Positions 10,000 to 20,804 of a stretch of DNA of 64,000 nucleotides are shown piece after piece. Position 1 is the first letter of the stretch. The number at the start of each line of letters is the position of its first letter. This DNA comes from an uncultured Clostridia bacterium. GTDB taxonomy: Bacteria; Bacillota; Clostridia; TANB77; CAG-508. The translations under genes were made by a program, and so were the position numbers. The stretch covers positions 6,714-70,713 of the forward strand of contig CAKPIA010000008.1 in the NCBI GenBank assembly GCA_934162205.1, in the 5' to 3' direction. The notes beneath the pieces were generated by a model. It made no database searches. It saw nothing but the letters and a program-made list of their open reading frames with translations, and was not told the origin of the DNA.

Positions 10000-10791
10000 T
10001 TATTTTTTAATTTTTTGTCTTACATATTCGTATAAAACTACACCTGTTGCTACAGAAGCATTTAAGCTCTCTGTTTTACCTAACATTGGAATTTTTACTT
10101 TTTTATCTGACATTTCTTGAATTTCTTTAGAAACTCCATTTGCTTCATTTCCTATAACTATAACTTTTTTGTTATATTCTATATCATATATACTTTCATT
10201 TGTTTGAAGTGATGTTACTACAATTTCATATTTATGTTTTTTTATTTCTTTTAATGTTTTTTCTAAATCTTCACATTCTATTACTTTTACTCTAAATATA
10301 GCTCCCATTGTAGATCTAACAACTTTAGGATTATAAACATCAGCGGTTTCTTTTGAAACTAAAATTTGCTTTAAACCAATACTGTCTACAGTTCTTAATA
10401 TTGTTCCTAAATTTCCTGGATCTTGAATTCCATCTAATGCAACAATTATATCTTCATTATAATTTATTTCATTTTCACTATTTTTTCTTTCTATAACAGC
10501 TAAAATTCCCTGAGGATTTTTTACTTCTGTTATATTATTGAAAACATTTTCTGTTACATATATACAATCAAAACTTGCAATTTCATACATTAGTTTTTTA
10601 GAAATTTCTTGTGTTTTAGTACATTCTTCACATATTACAATTTGTTTTATTTTAGCATTTTCATTAATTGCTTCTTCTACAAGTTTTATTCCTTCTATAA
10701 CATATTCATTTGATTGTTCTCTATACTTTTTATCTTTTAATTTTTTTACGTGTTTTATAAACTCATTATCTTTACTTGAAATTCTTTGCAT
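10000..10791 (-). CDS. TrmH/SpoU-family RNA 2'-O-methyltransferase (RlmB/YsgA-like)
   Basis: SpoU methylase C-terminal motifs (GIQDPGNLGTILRT, VIGNEANGVS, IPMLGKTESLNASVA). Start set at the ATG at 10791, which has an AAGGAGAG SD, because the longer ORF overlaps mfd. Confidence 0.8.
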   Translation of the reverse strand: MQRISSKDNEFIKHVKKLKDKKYREQSNEYVIEGIKLVEEAINENAKIKQIVICEECTKTQEISKKLMYEIASFDCIYVTENVFNNITEVKNPQGILAVIERKNSENEINYNEDIIVALDGIQDPGNLGTILRTVDSIGLKQILVSKETADVYNPKVVRSTMGAIFRVKVIECEDLEKTLKEIKKHKYEIVVTSLQTNESIYDIEYNKKVIVIGNEANGVSKEIQEMSDKKVKIPMLGKTESLNASVATGVVLYEYVRQKIKK

Positions 10792-10843
10792 TAAAACTCT
10801 CCTTACTTGGAATATTTTATTATATCCTAACTTTTTAGTTATA

Positions 10844-13800
10844 TTATTTATTAATTGCATTTTTTATATCTTTAATAAATTCTTTTATTTCTTCAAATAA
10901 TTCTTTGTCTGTTTTTCCAGTTGCTTTTAAAGTTAATGCTGGTTTTATACCAGGTGAAAATCTTATTTTATCTTGATATTTTTTTACTAATTCATTTACA
11001 TCAACATTAAAGTTTGACTGCTCAAAGTTAAATACTATACCATTAATTTTACTTGCAATTTTTATAATATCGGTATTTTGACAAAGTATTTTTACTCTTG
11101 CAATTTCTATAAGATTTTCAACTTCTTTTGGCATGTTACCAAATCTGTCTATTATTTCATCTATTATATCTTGAATATCCTCTTCTGTTTTACATAGTGC
11201 AATATCTTGATATATTTCTATTTTTTGTTTTTTATCTGATATATATTCTTCCGGTATGTAACTTGTAATATTCAATTCTATTTGTAATTCCTGAACTTCT
11301 TCTATTTTCTTTCCTTGCATTTCTTTTACTACTTGATCTAATAATTCACAATATGTATCATATCCAACTTGATCTAAATGTCCATGTTGAATCTCTCCAA
11401 GCAAACTTCCTGCTCCTCTTATCTCCAAATCTCTCATTGCAATTTTAAATCCAGATCCAAATTCTGTAAATTCTTTTATTGCTTTTAATCTTTTATCTGC
11501 ATCTTCATTTAAAATCTTATCTCTTTTATATGTTATATATGCATATGCTTGTTTATTTGATCTTCCAACTCTTCCCCTTATTTGATACAACTGAGCTAAG
11601 CCCATTCTATCTGCATTTTCTACTATTATTGTGTTTGCATTTGGAATATCAATACCAGATTCTAATATTGTTGTACAAACAAGTACATCTGTTTTTCCAT
11701 CTACAAATTCTTGCATTATATCTTCTATTTCTTTTCCTGTCATTCTTCCATGTGCAAAAGAAACTCTAGCTTCTGGAACTAATTCTGATATTTCTTCAAC
11801 TTTTTTAATAATATTTTCAATATTATTAAATATATAAAATACTTGCCCATTTCTTTCTATTTCTCTTGTAATTGCCTCTTTTATTACTTCTTTATCATAC
11901 TCTAACACATAAGTTTGAACTGGTTTTCTATTTTGAGGTGGTTCGTATATTACAGACATATCTCTTACACCTACAATAGACATATGTAATGTTCTTGGTA
12001 TAGGAGTTGCCGTCATTGTTAATACATCTACATTTGTTTTATATTGTTTAATTTTTTCTTTATCTTTAACTCCAAATCTATGCTCTTCATCTATTATTAA
12101 TAATCCCAAATCTCTAAATTCTACATCTTTACTAAGAAGTCTATGTGTTCCAATTACCACATCTACTTCTCCTAATTTTAATTTTTTTATTGTTTCGTTT
12201 TGTTCTTTAGCAGTTTTGAATCTATTTAATAGTTCAACTTTTATAGGAAAGTCTTTCATTCTTTCTTTAAAGCCTTGATATTGTTGATCTGCTAAAACTG
12301 TTGTTGGAACTAAATAAGCAACTTGTTTTCCATCCATTACAGCCTTAAAAGCAGCTCTAATTGCAACTTCTGTTTTACCATATCCAACATCACCACATAG
12401 TAGTCTATCCATTGGTTTATCTTTTTCCATATCTTTTTTTACTTCTTCTATACATCTTAATTGATCATCTGTTTCTACATATGGAAAACTATCTTCAAAT
12501 TGTTTTTGCCATGTAGTATCAGGAGAAAATGCAAATCCCTTTGCTTTTTCCCTTTTAGCATATAATTCTATTAATTCTTTTGCGACTTCTCTTAAATTAT
12601 TTTTGACTTTTGTTTTTGTATTTTCCCAATCTTTTCCGCCAAATTTATTTATCTTAGGCTCTTTTTCTCCGCCACCTATATATTTTCTTATGCTATCTAA
12701 TTGGTTTGTAGGAACATATAAAATGTCATTTCCTTTATATTTTATTTTTATATAATCTTTTGTTACTTTATCTGATGTTATTGTATTTACTCCTACAAAC
12801 ATACCAATTCCGTGGTGTCTATGTACAACATAATCACCAACTTCTAGATCAGCAAATACTACCTTTTCTCCTTCTTTAAATGCTGATGTTGCCTTTTTTC
12901 TTTTCTTTTTTTCTCCTTGAACTAAATCATCAGCAACAATTACTAATTGATTTAATTCATAATTTTCAAATCCAGTTGAAAGTTTTCCTACTGTTACTAA
13001 AATGCTTTCTAATTTTTCTGTTATAATCTTTTTGTCAATACTTTTTTCATATATATTTTGAATTTCATTTTCACTTAATAATTTTGATATTTTTTTTGAT
13101 TTCTCTTCTGTTGAAGTTAATATATATACTTTTTTATTTTTTTCTTTTGCCTTTTTTACTTCATTTAATAGTATTTCTATTTCACTATTAAAATAATTTA
13201 CTTGTCTATATTCAAATTTATATTTTTCTGCCTGTTTTTGAATAAAATCTTGTTCTTCTATATATAATATTTTTTTGTTTCGTATTTCTTCATCTATTTC
13301 AGAAAAATCATACATATTTTCAATTGCCTGAGGAACAATTTTATCTTTTTCAATTAAAGATTGCACTAAATTTTTATTATCATTTTTTATATTTTCTGCT
13401 CTTATATTAACTTTACTTTCTTCATCAATACAAATTAGACAATTATTATCTAAATATCCTAAAATATTTGTTTTATCATTATAAAAATCATCAAAGTATT
13501 TATCAATTTTACTTATATAATCTCCATTTTTTATAACTTCAATATCATTTTCCAATATCTCTTGTTGTTTCTCATTATATATTTTCTCTTCTATTTTTTT
13601 ACATACTTTATCTATTGTATCTTCTAAAACATATTCATGTGCTGGATATATTATTGCTTTTTGAAGTGTGCTTGTTGACCTTTGTGATGATATGTTAAAA
13701 CTTCTAATTGAATCAACTTCATCTCCCCAAAATTCAATTCTTATACCTGAATTCTCATCTGTAGAAATATCAACAATTCCACCTCTTATACTGAATTGTC

Positions 13801-14308
13801 CTTTTCCTTCTATTAAATCATATCTTACATATCCCATATTTATTAATTGTTGCTTTAATTCTTCTAAATCGTATGTATTTCCCACTTTAAAATTAAGCAC
13901 ACTTTTATATAAAATTTCTTTGGCTGGTAATTTTTGCATAACAGCTTCTATTGTTGTAACTAATATAATATTCTTATTTTGATATAATTTATTTAATGTT
14001 TCTATTCTTTGATATGGCAATTCTTTACTTTCTGCAATATAATCATATGTTACAATATCCTTTTTAGGAAAAAATTCAACACTATCTATAAAATATTTTA
14101 AATCATCATAAATTTTTTTTGCTTGAATTTCATTATATGTTATTAGACATATAGGCATTTCTGCAAATTTATTTATTCCAGATAGTATTTGCGTTTTTGC
14201 CACGTCAGTTAAGCCCGATATAGCTATCGGACCATTTTCATTTTTTAGTTGATTTACTAATGTTACAAATTTTTGAGAATTTCCAAGTTCTCCTAATATT
14301 GTATTCAT
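10844..14308 (-). CDS. mfd: Transcription-repair coupling factor Mfd
   Basis: 1154 aa with a UvrB-like N-terminus, a CarD/RNAP-interacting domain and an SF2 helicase (GDVGYGKTEV, DEEHRFG, QLYQIRGRVGR). Confidence 0.95.
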   Translation of the reverse strand: MNTILGELGNSQKFVTLVNQLKNENGPIAISGLTDVAKTQILSGINKFAEMPICLITYNEIQAKKIYDDLKYFIDSVEFFPKKDIVTYDYIAESKELPYQRIETLNKLYQNKNIILVTTIEAVMQKLPAKEILYKSVLNFKVGNTYDLEELKQQLINMGYVRYDLIEGKGQFSIRGGIVDISTDENSGIRIEFWGDEVDSIRSFNISSQRSTSTLQKAIIYPAHEYVLEDTIDKVCKKIEEKIYNEKQQEILENDIEVIKNGDYISKIDKYFDDFYNDKTNILGYLDNNCLICIDEESKVNIRAENIKNDNKNLVQSLIEKDKIVPQAIENMYDFSEIDEEIRNKKILYIEEQDFIQKQAEKYKFEYRQVNYFNSEIEILLNEVKKAKEKNKKVYILTSTEEKSKKISKLLSENEIQNIYEKSIDKKIITEKLESILVTVGKLSTGFENYELNQLVIVADDLVQGEKKKRKKATSAFKEGEKVVFADLEVGDYVVHRHHGIGMFVGVNTITSDKVTKDYIKIKYKGNDILYVPTNQLDSIRKYIGGGEKEPKINKFGGKDWENTKTKVKNNLREVAKELIELYAKREKAKGFAFSPDTTWQKQFEDSFPYVETDDQLRCIEEVKKDMEKDKPMDRLLCGDVGYGKTEVAIRAAFKAVMDGKQVAYLVPTTVLADQQYQGFKERMKDFPIKVELLNRFKTAKEQNETIKKLKLGEVDVVIGTHRLLSKDVEFRDLGLLIIDEEHRFGVKDKEKIKQYKTNVDVLTMTATPIPRTLHMSIVGVRDMSVIYEPPQNRKPVQTYVLEYDKEVIKEAITREIERNGQVFYIFNNIENIIKKVEEISELVPEARVSFAHGRMTGKEIEDIMQEFVDGKTDVLVCTTILESGIDIPNANTIIVENADRMGLAQLYQIRGRVGRSNKQAYAYITYKRDKILNEDADKRLKAIKEFTEFGSGFKIAMRDLEIRGAGSLLGEIQHGHLDQVGYDTYCELLDQVVKEMQGKKIEEVQELQIELNITSYIPEEYISDKKQKIEIYQDIALCKTEEDIQDIIDEIIDRFGNMPKEVENLIEIARVKILCQNTDIIKIASKINGIVFNFEQSNFNVDVNELVKKYQDKIRFSPGIKPALTLKATGKTDKELFEEIKEFIKDIKNAINK

Positions 14309-14453
14309 GTTCTTTTCCTCTATTCAATTGTTTTGCTTTTATTATTTTAATATTTTATACATTTATATATTATACTACTTTTTTTATAATATATAAACAT
14401 TTTATTTATAATTTTATGTTTTATAAAAAATATATTTATATACTAGCACATTT

Positions 14454-14482
14454 TTGACTTTTTATGTTAATTGTAGTATAAT
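14454..14482 (+). promoter_or_regulatory. sigma-A-type promoter of cassette 3
   Basis: TTGACT, a 17-nt spacer, then TATAAT, upstream of an AGGAGG SD and the ATG at 14518. Confidence 0.55.
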
Positions 14483-14517
14483 AGTAATTATAAAAATTAT
14501 TTAGGAGGGCTCATATT

Positions 14518-14907
14518 ATGAGAAAAGAAACTCAAAGATTTATTAGCACTACTATGGAGAAAACAGCCGTTGATTTATTTCTTCGGCAAATTGGCATAAT
14601 GCCTGAATCAAAATATTTCGATTCAGAAGCATTAAGACAAATAATATCGGCTTACATTGCTGCCAGATTCAAAGTAACACATTGTTGTGTTCTTTGGTAC
14701 AAAACAATGGAAGACCCGGATAATCCGATAGTGATGTATCTTAAGAAAAACAAGATTGATACTAAGCATGAAAGATTTAGTATTATAATCACTCCAACAA
14801 TTTTACGTTTCTCACAGAAGCAGTCCGCTGATGTACGTAAGGTATTTGAAGATCCGCATCCAGTGCACCCAAGATTCAACACATCAGCACCAGCAATATT
14901 ATATTAG
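14518..14907 (+). CDS. Hypothetical protein (129 aa), G+C-richer cassette 3
   Basis: Strong SD, own promoter and terminator. Foreign-looking codons (CGG Arg at 14584-14586, CCG, GCC, CTG-type). No recognisable domain. Confidence 0.5.
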   Translation: MRKETQRFISTTMEKTAVDLFLRQIGIMPESKYFDSEALRQIISAYIAARFKVTHCCVLWYKTMEDPDNPIVMYLKKNKIDTKHERFSIIITPTILRFSQKQSADVRKVFEDPHPVHPRFNTSAPAILY

Positions 14908-14911
14908 CCCC

Positions 14912-14940
14912 AAAAAGGAAGACAGATTGTCTTCCTTTTT
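14912..14940. terminator. Bidirectional hairpin terminator between cassette 3 and topB
   Basis: 13-bp perfect stem (aaaaaggaagaca / tgtcttccttttt) with a 3-nt loop. It overlaps the topB stop codon. Confidence 0.7.
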
Positions 14941-16903
14941 ACATTTTTATTACCAATTTATCAAATTTTGAATTAATATAATTATTAAGTTTTGTCATAA
15001 ATATTTCTGGCTCAATTTCTTTATTTGCGACCATTTCTAATCCCTTTTCCCAACTAGCTGTTAATTTAGGATTTAACATATCTGGCATCGAACTACTTAC
15101 AACATCATAAATAACTTCACCTTTTTTAGTTGGTGTTACTATTTGTGTTTTTGTATTTATTTCTATGTATTTAATTTTTTCTAATTTCTTGATTATCTCT
15201 CCTCTTGTTGCACTTGTACCAATTCCTGCACCTTTTATTTGTTCTCTTAATTCCTCATCTTCTATTAATTTTCCTGCATTTTCCATAGCTAATATTAGTG
15301 TACCAGAATTATATCTTGTTGGAGGATTTGTTTCTGATTCTTTTGTTTCAAATCCTTTTGTATCTATTTCTTGTCCTTTTTTTAGATCTTTTAAAATATC
15401 TATATTTACATTATCTTCTTTTTCTTGATTTTTATTATCTTTTTCCACATTTTCTGCATCATCTGTGGATTTTTTTTGTGTATTATTTGATTTTAATACT
15501 TCTAAAAATCCTTTTTTTATACATACTCTTCCGCTTGCATAAAATGTTTCATTTTCTATATTCACAATAACATTTACTTTGTTATATTCTGCTTGAGGAT
15601 AAAAAATTGCAATAAATCTTTTGGCAATTAACTTATATACTTGTTTGTGCAAATCTGGTAATTTATCAAAGTTTTCATACCCTTGTCCTGTTGGAATTAT
15701 AGCATAGTGATCTGTTATTTTACTATCATTTACATATTTTGTCTTTACCAAATTAGTAGAATATTTTTCTTCCACCATTTTCTTTATATATCCTTGAACC
15801 TCTTCATCTTTATATCCTTTTGCTATTCCATTTAAATTTTTAGAAATTTCTTTTGCAACAGCTGTAGATAAAACTCTTGCATCTGTTCTTGGATATGTTA
15901 CTAATTTTTTCTCATATAAATTTTGTATTATTTCCAAAGTTTGGTCTGGCTTAATCTTAAAATTCTTTGTACATTGATTTTGCACTTCAGCTAAATTAAA
16001 TAAAAGTGGTGCATTTTCTTTTTGTTTTGATTTTTTTAATTCTGTAATTATTGCCTTTTTTCCTTTTAAACTTTCTATAAATTGTTTTGCATCATCTTCT
16101 TTTTTGAATCCTGATTCATTATATAATTTTGGAGATTCAAACATATCTGATTTTTCATTTACTTTCCATTCTGCTTTAAATGAACTTTCTTCGTTCCCAA
16201 ATTCTCCATTAATTTTATAATATTTTGTCTTTTTAAAATTTCGTATTTCTCTTTCTCTTGAAACAATCATACCTAACACACATGTCATAACACGTCCAAC
16301 TGATATTGATGCTTTTTCTTCATTAATTTCATTTGCTAATTTTCTTCCATAAATAATAGAAAGTAATCTAGAAAAATTTATTCCTATTAAATAATCTTCT
16401 TTTGCTCTTAAATATGCAGAATCTGATAAGCTATCATACTCAGATAAATCTTTTGCTTCTCTTATTCCTCTTAGTATTTCTTCTTCTGTTTGTGAATCAA
16501 TCCATACTCTTTTTATTTTTGCATTTGGATTTGTTTTTGCCATCATAAATACTAATCTTTGAATATATTCTCCTTCACGCCCAGAGTCACCTGCATTATA
16601 AATTACTTCTACATCTTCTCTATTTAATAATTCTTTTACAATATTAAATTGATTTGCAACAGCTGGAATTATTTCGTATTTCCATTCTTGTGGTATAAAT
16701 GGAAGTGTATCTAATCTCCAATATTTTAATTTTTCGTCATATTTTTCTGGATAACTCATTGTTACTAAATGTCCAACACACCATGTTATAATCCAGTCCT
16801 GAGACTCCAAATACCCATTTTTTCTAGTAGTATTTACTTTAAGGGCTTTGGCAAATTCCATTGCTACTGATGGTTTTTCTGTTATTATTAATTTTTTTGC
16901 CAT
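14939..16903 (-). CDS. topB: DNA topoisomerase III
   Basis: 654 aa. N-terminal Toprim domain (LIITEKPS...), type IA topoisomerase core, and a TYPRTD motif containing the presumed catalytic Tyr. Confidence 0.9.
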   Translation of the reverse strand: MAKKLIITEKPSVAMEFAKALKVNTTRKNGYLESQDWIITWCVGHLVTMSYPEKYDEKLKYWRLDTLPFIPQEWKYEIIPAVANQFNIVKELLNREDVEVIYNAGDSGREGEYIQRLVFMMAKTNPNAKIKRVWIDSQTEEEILRGIREAKDLSEYDSLSDSAYLRAKEDYLIGINFSRLLSIIYGRKLANEINEEKASISVGRVMTCVLGMIVSREREIRNFKKTKYYKINGEFGNEESSFKAEWKVNEKSDMFESPKLYNESGFKKEDDAKQFIESLKGKKAIITELKKSKQKENAPLLFNLAEVQNQCTKNFKIKPDQTLEIIQNLYEKKLVTYPRTDARVLSTAVAKEISKNLNGIAKGYKDEEVQGYIKKMVEEKYSTNLVKTKYVNDSKITDHYAIIPTGQGYENFDKLPDLHKQVYKLIAKRFIAIFYPQAEYNKVNVIVNIENETFYASGRVCIKKGFLEVLKSNNTQKKSTDDAENVEKDNKNQEKEDNVNIDILKDLKKGQEIDTKGFETKESETNPPTRYNSGTLILAMENAGKLIEDEELREQIKGAGIGTSATRGEIIKKLEKIKYIEINTKTQIVTPTKKGEVIYDVVSSSMPDMLNPKLTASWEKGLEMVANKEIEPEIFMTKLNNYINSKFDKLVIKM

Positions 16904-16919
16904 TTCATCTTTCCTTTTA

Positions 16920-17693
16920 TTATTTTTTCAGTCTTTCATCTATGTAATTGTTTACATCTTCTTTTATTAATTCTATTTGTTTTTTTGTATTTTCATCTTT
17001 AAATTCAAAACTATTTAAGATTCTATTTATATAATTCTCTTGCTCTATAATAGTTAAACTTGTATCAAAGTTTATGTCAAATACAAAAGCAACTGTACAC
17101 AATAATTTTACTAAGTCGTCATCACCCTTTTTTCTCCTTACAGGTTCTCTGTTTAAAATTTGTTCCATTACTTCATCTGGTATCTTACTATATTCTACAT
17201 TTGGCTTATCTTTATCTTCTTTCCAGAATATTTCCAATATTTCATATAATATATCTAATTTATCTGCATCTCTGACTATTTTACAAAATAACTCCTCTTT
17301 TTCGTTCAAATCATTTTCAATTTTATATTTATTATGATTTTTTACTGCACATTTTATTATTTTATCATATTCATCTGTATCTATATAATTTCTTATATCT
17401 TTATTTAATATCTTAACTCCATAATCTCCATGGTCAAAGCTATCAACATCTCTATATGTTTTATATTGAGTATATTGTTCAAACCTTGCAATGTCATGCA
17501 ATAATCCAATTAATGTTGCAAGATTTATTTCGTCTTGACTTAATTTTAATTCTGTTGCTATTTTTTTTGATATTTCCATTACTCTTAATGAATGTTTTTG
17601 TTTTCTTTCAATAGCTTCCGCTTTCAAGTCATAATTTTCTGTATATTTTATAAATTCCTTTATTGCTTTTTCTATATCTATCATTTTTATCAC
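16920..17693 (-). CDS. HD-domain phosphohydrolase
   Basis: 257 aa with an H...HD metal-binding motif (HSLRV...LLHDIARF) and a downstream DADKLD. Confidence 0.75.
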   Translation of the reverse strand: MIKMIDIEKAIKEFIKYTENYDLKAEAIERKQKHSLRVMEISKKIATELKLSQDEINLATLIGLLHDIARFEQYTQYKTYRDVDSFDHGDYGVKILNKDIRNYIDTDEYDKIIKCAVKNHNKYKIENDLNEKEELFCKIVRDADKLDILYEILEIFWKEDKDKPNVEYSKIPDEVMEQILNREPVRRKKGDDDLVKLLCTVAFVFDINFDTSLTIIEQENYINRILNSFEFKDENTKKQIELIKEDVNNYIDERLKK

Positions 17694-17825
17694 CTTTCAA
17701 ATTGTATCACTTATGTAATTACATTTCAAGATAGATATTTTTATTATCTTTTCTATTTTAATGTTTAATAAAACTTTTTCTCATAAAATAAACAAGGAGT
17801 TAATTGCCTCCTTGTTTATCTTATT

Positions 17826-20600
17826 TTATTTATATACTAAAAACATACTATAAATATATGTATCTGCTGTATATGCTAAATTTACTTTCAAGTCATGTTT
17901 TGTAGTAACTTTTACATAATACTCACCTGAAATATTACTTACATCTAATATTAATTTTTTATCTGATAATGTAAGTGGCGATGAACCATTTTGTGATACA
18001 GTTACTGATTTATTAAATGCATCATAATCACTAGATGAAGATGAAGAATTAGAACTTGATATTCCTAATGTAGTATAATTTATTCCAGATGGATGATTAT
18101 CTCCTATAGTACAATTCATTATAATTTTATCTACATTTGTTAAATCTATTTTATTTTTTGATATCAACATTCCAACATTTCCACCTTGACTATAATCACC
18201 AGTTGAACCATTCCAATTAGCCACCCATGAAACAGACATATGTATTGAACCATTCTTATTAGCATCTGTAGTAATAACATTTTTATTACATTTTGTACTA
18301 TACATATGTTTTGCTGTAAAGTTCCATTGTTCATTTAATTGTTCTGTACCAATCAGTTTATCTCCACCACCACAAATTGAACAAGTACCTTTAATATCGT
18401 TTTCATTATTGTGTTTTTGCCATACCGCATATAATATTTCACTTTTATTTAAATTATATGTTCCTCCCGCCATATATTCCGCAGTTGAACTTGTTTTATT
18501 TGTTGACCATCCTAAGAAATGATATCCATTTCTTGTTGGAACTGTGGTACTTAATGTTAATGCAGAATCTTTTCTTTTTGTTTGCATATTAGGTATTCCT
18601 GTTCCACCATTAGCATTATAATAAACTGTATAATTTTTATCTGTACTACCTGTAAAGTACCTAGTTGCTAATTCTTTTCCAATATCTGGCCATTGATGCA
18701 TTTCTAAAGTATTTCCTATTGATAAATAATCTGTTTTATATACAGATCTATCAGTTTCAAAAAAATAGTCATGTCCTGATACATAAAAAGTTACTCCATT
18801 ATATTCAAAACTACTTCCATATGGAAATGATTCTGGATGTTCTGATGTATAGTATTTTACTGCATCAGGATTTGTAGAAACTAATATAGGACCAAAATAA
18901 TCATATTCTCCTAAATTATCCATTGTCGACCATACTACTATCGCTGGCTTGTCATTAGTTTTATAATATTTTCTGTTAACAGAATAATTATAATCAACTT
19001 CTCCAATAAGCGTATTTGCTTTATCTACATAATAATCATTATCTTTTGTTGTATATACCTCTTTTGTAGATGATGTAACATTTCCAGAGTTATCTTTTGT
19101 TTCTACATAAATATTATATTTTTCTCCTGAAACACTTCCAATTAAATTTGAAAAACTATAAGTTCCACTTGTTTGATAATTAGTCCAATTTCCATTATTT
19201 AATTTAAATCTATATCCTGCTATTCCACTACTTCCACTTGTACTTGTTGCATCTGCATCTGTTGTATTTGCAGTTACTGTTATAGTACCTGTTGAACTTG
19301 TTGTTGTTATATTAAAGTCTTTTGGCGATAATGTATCTATATTTGTTACATTTCCTGTACTGTATCCTCCGGCATTTGTTCCGTCCCATAATCTAGCATA
19401 TATTTTTCCGTTCTCTGTAAATTCTTGACTTGCTGTACTTGACCATGTTTGTGCGTCTTTACTTGTTTGTATTGTATATCCGCTTACATTTGTACTTGCT
19501 GTCATTGTTACTTTTCCATTTGTCCATCCTGTTGGACTTGCTGTAAATGTTGTATTTGCTGTTGTTAGCCCTGCTACTGTTCCTAATTTTATTTCTAATG
19601 GTTTATCACTACTGTTTGCATTTGTTATATTTCCTGCTACATCATATATTTCTGCATATACATTATATGTTCCACTTGTTAAGTTATCATATGTTTTACT
19701 CTTTGTTACTGCAGTTGTTTCTCCTGCTTGTATACTGTGCAATTCTTTATAAATTACCTCTTCACTTGTATAACTTGTTGCATCTGATTTTTTATAATAC
19801 CATACTATTTTTCCTAATCCTGAGTTTTCGTCTTTTACTCCTACATTTACTGTAAATCCTTTTGTTGTTACATTACTTGAATTCATTGCTGTACTTATTT
19901 CTGCTTCTTTTTTATCTATATTTGTTATATTTCCTGTTGCATATTTATCACTTATTGATAATCCATTTGCTAGCCTTGCATATATCTTTTTATTTTCTGT
20001 TATTTTTATTTTTTCTGTATCTTTATAATCTCTCCATGTTTTTAAGTCATATGAATATTGTATTTTATTTTCTTTGTATTCTTCATTTTGTACTTTTATA
20101 CTTACTACTTCTACATCTTCATTTGTCCAGCCTGTTGGCTCTATCTCTATTTTTATATCCGCTTTTTCTAAATCTATTGATGGTATTTCTCCTTCTATTA
20201 TTCCATCTACTGTTACTGTATATTTCCACCCTTCTTTTGTTTTTATTACTATTCTTGGTTCTAATTCATCATTATCTATTAACTCCATACTTGCTTTACT
20301 ACTATCTACATCTTTTTTGAATTTTTCACCATTTCTTAGTATATTATATATTCCTTCTAGTTTTTCTTTTTTGGTTCTATTTAATTTTTTATTTACTCCT
20401 TCTTCTATTTTTGATAATTCTATTGTTTCTCTATAATCTGCTTTTTGTGATTCTATTTTCGCCTTTTGTGCTGTCTTAAATATTCCATTTTCTCCTGTTA
20501 ACATTGCAACACTTACTGCTGATAATATTAGTAATACTATTATTGTTACAACTAACGATACTAATGTTATTCCTCTTTTTTCTTTTATTTTTCTCTTCAT
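17826..20600 (-). CDS. Large secreted/surface protein with a prepilin-like N-terminal signal, Ig-like repeats and a Listeria-Bacteroides (Flg_new-type) repeat
   Basis: N-terminus is KRGITLVSLVVTIIVLLIL (class-III-like signal). It contains repeated ...GWTN...IYARL...TGN(I/V)TNID modules and YTVYYNANGGTG...GYHFLGWS. Start set at the ATG at 20600, because the longer ORF starts at TTG. Confidence 0.75.
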   Translation of the reverse strand: MKRKIKEKRGITLVSLVVTIIVLLILSAVSVAMLTGENGIFKTAQKAKIESQKADYRETIELSKIEEGVNKKLNRTKKEKLEGIYNILRNGEKFKKDVDSSKASMELIDNDELEPRIVIKTKEGWKYTVTVDGIIEGEIPSIDLEKADIKIEIEPTGWTNEDVEVVSIKVQNEEYKENKIQYSYDLKTWRDYKDTEKIKITENKKIYARLANGLSISDKYATGNITNIDKKEAEISTAMNSSNVTTKGFTVNVGVKDENSGLGKIVWYYKKSDATSYTSEEVIYKELHSIQAGETTAVTKSKTYDNLTSGTYNVYAEIYDVAGNITNANSSDKPLEIKLGTVAGLTTANTTFTASPTGWTNGKVTMTASTNVSGYTIQTSKDAQTWSSTASQEFTENGKIYARLWDGTNAGGYSTGNVTNIDTLSPKDFNITTTSSTGTITVTANTTDADATSTSGSSGIAGYRFKLNNGNWTNYQTSGTYSFSNLIGSVSGEKYNIYVETKDNSGNVTSSTKEVYTTKDNDYYVDKANTLIGEVDYNYSVNRKYYKTNDKPAIVVWSTMDNLGEYDYFGPILVSTNPDAVKYYTSEHPESFPYGSSFEYNGVTFYVSGHDYFFETDRSVYKTDYLSIGNTLEMHQWPDIGKELATRYFTGSTDKNYTVYYNANGGTGIPNMQTKRKDSALTLSTTVPTRNGYHFLGWSTNKTSSTAEYMAGGTYNLNKSEILYAVWQKHNNENDIKGTCSICGGGDKLIGTEQLNEQWNFTAKHMYSTKCNKNVITTDANKNGSIHMSVSWVANWNGSTGDYSQGGNVGMLISKNKIDLTNVDKIIMNCTIGDNHPSGINYTTLGISSSNSSSSSSDYDAFNKSVTVSQNGSSPLTLSDKKLILDVSNISGEYYVKVTTKHDLKVNLAYTADTYIYSMFLVYK

Positions 20601-20745
20601 ATTTTCCTCTCTTTTGTTAATATACTTCAAGTATATTATTACACCCTTTTTCTGTCAATATTGCTTTTAAATTTATATTTATATTTTTTACTAGTCAGTT
20701 TCAATAATAAAAAATATTATTTAAATTATAAATATAATATTTTCC

Positions 20746-20774
20746 TTGAAAACAATACTATTTTGGTATATAAT
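20746..20774 (+). promoter_or_regulatory. sigma-A-type promoter of leuS
   Basis: TTGAAA, a 17-nt spacer, then TATAAT, about 30 nt upstream of the leuS ATG. Confidence 0.55.
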
Positions 20775-20804
20775 TACTACATTAACACGAAAGGGGCAAT
20801 TTAG

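Noticed and set aside
20631-20804. Possible T-box leader upstream of leuS.
   Set aside because: The leader is only about 30 nt downstream of a good promoter. It has no T-box consensus, specifier stem or terminator/antiterminator pair.
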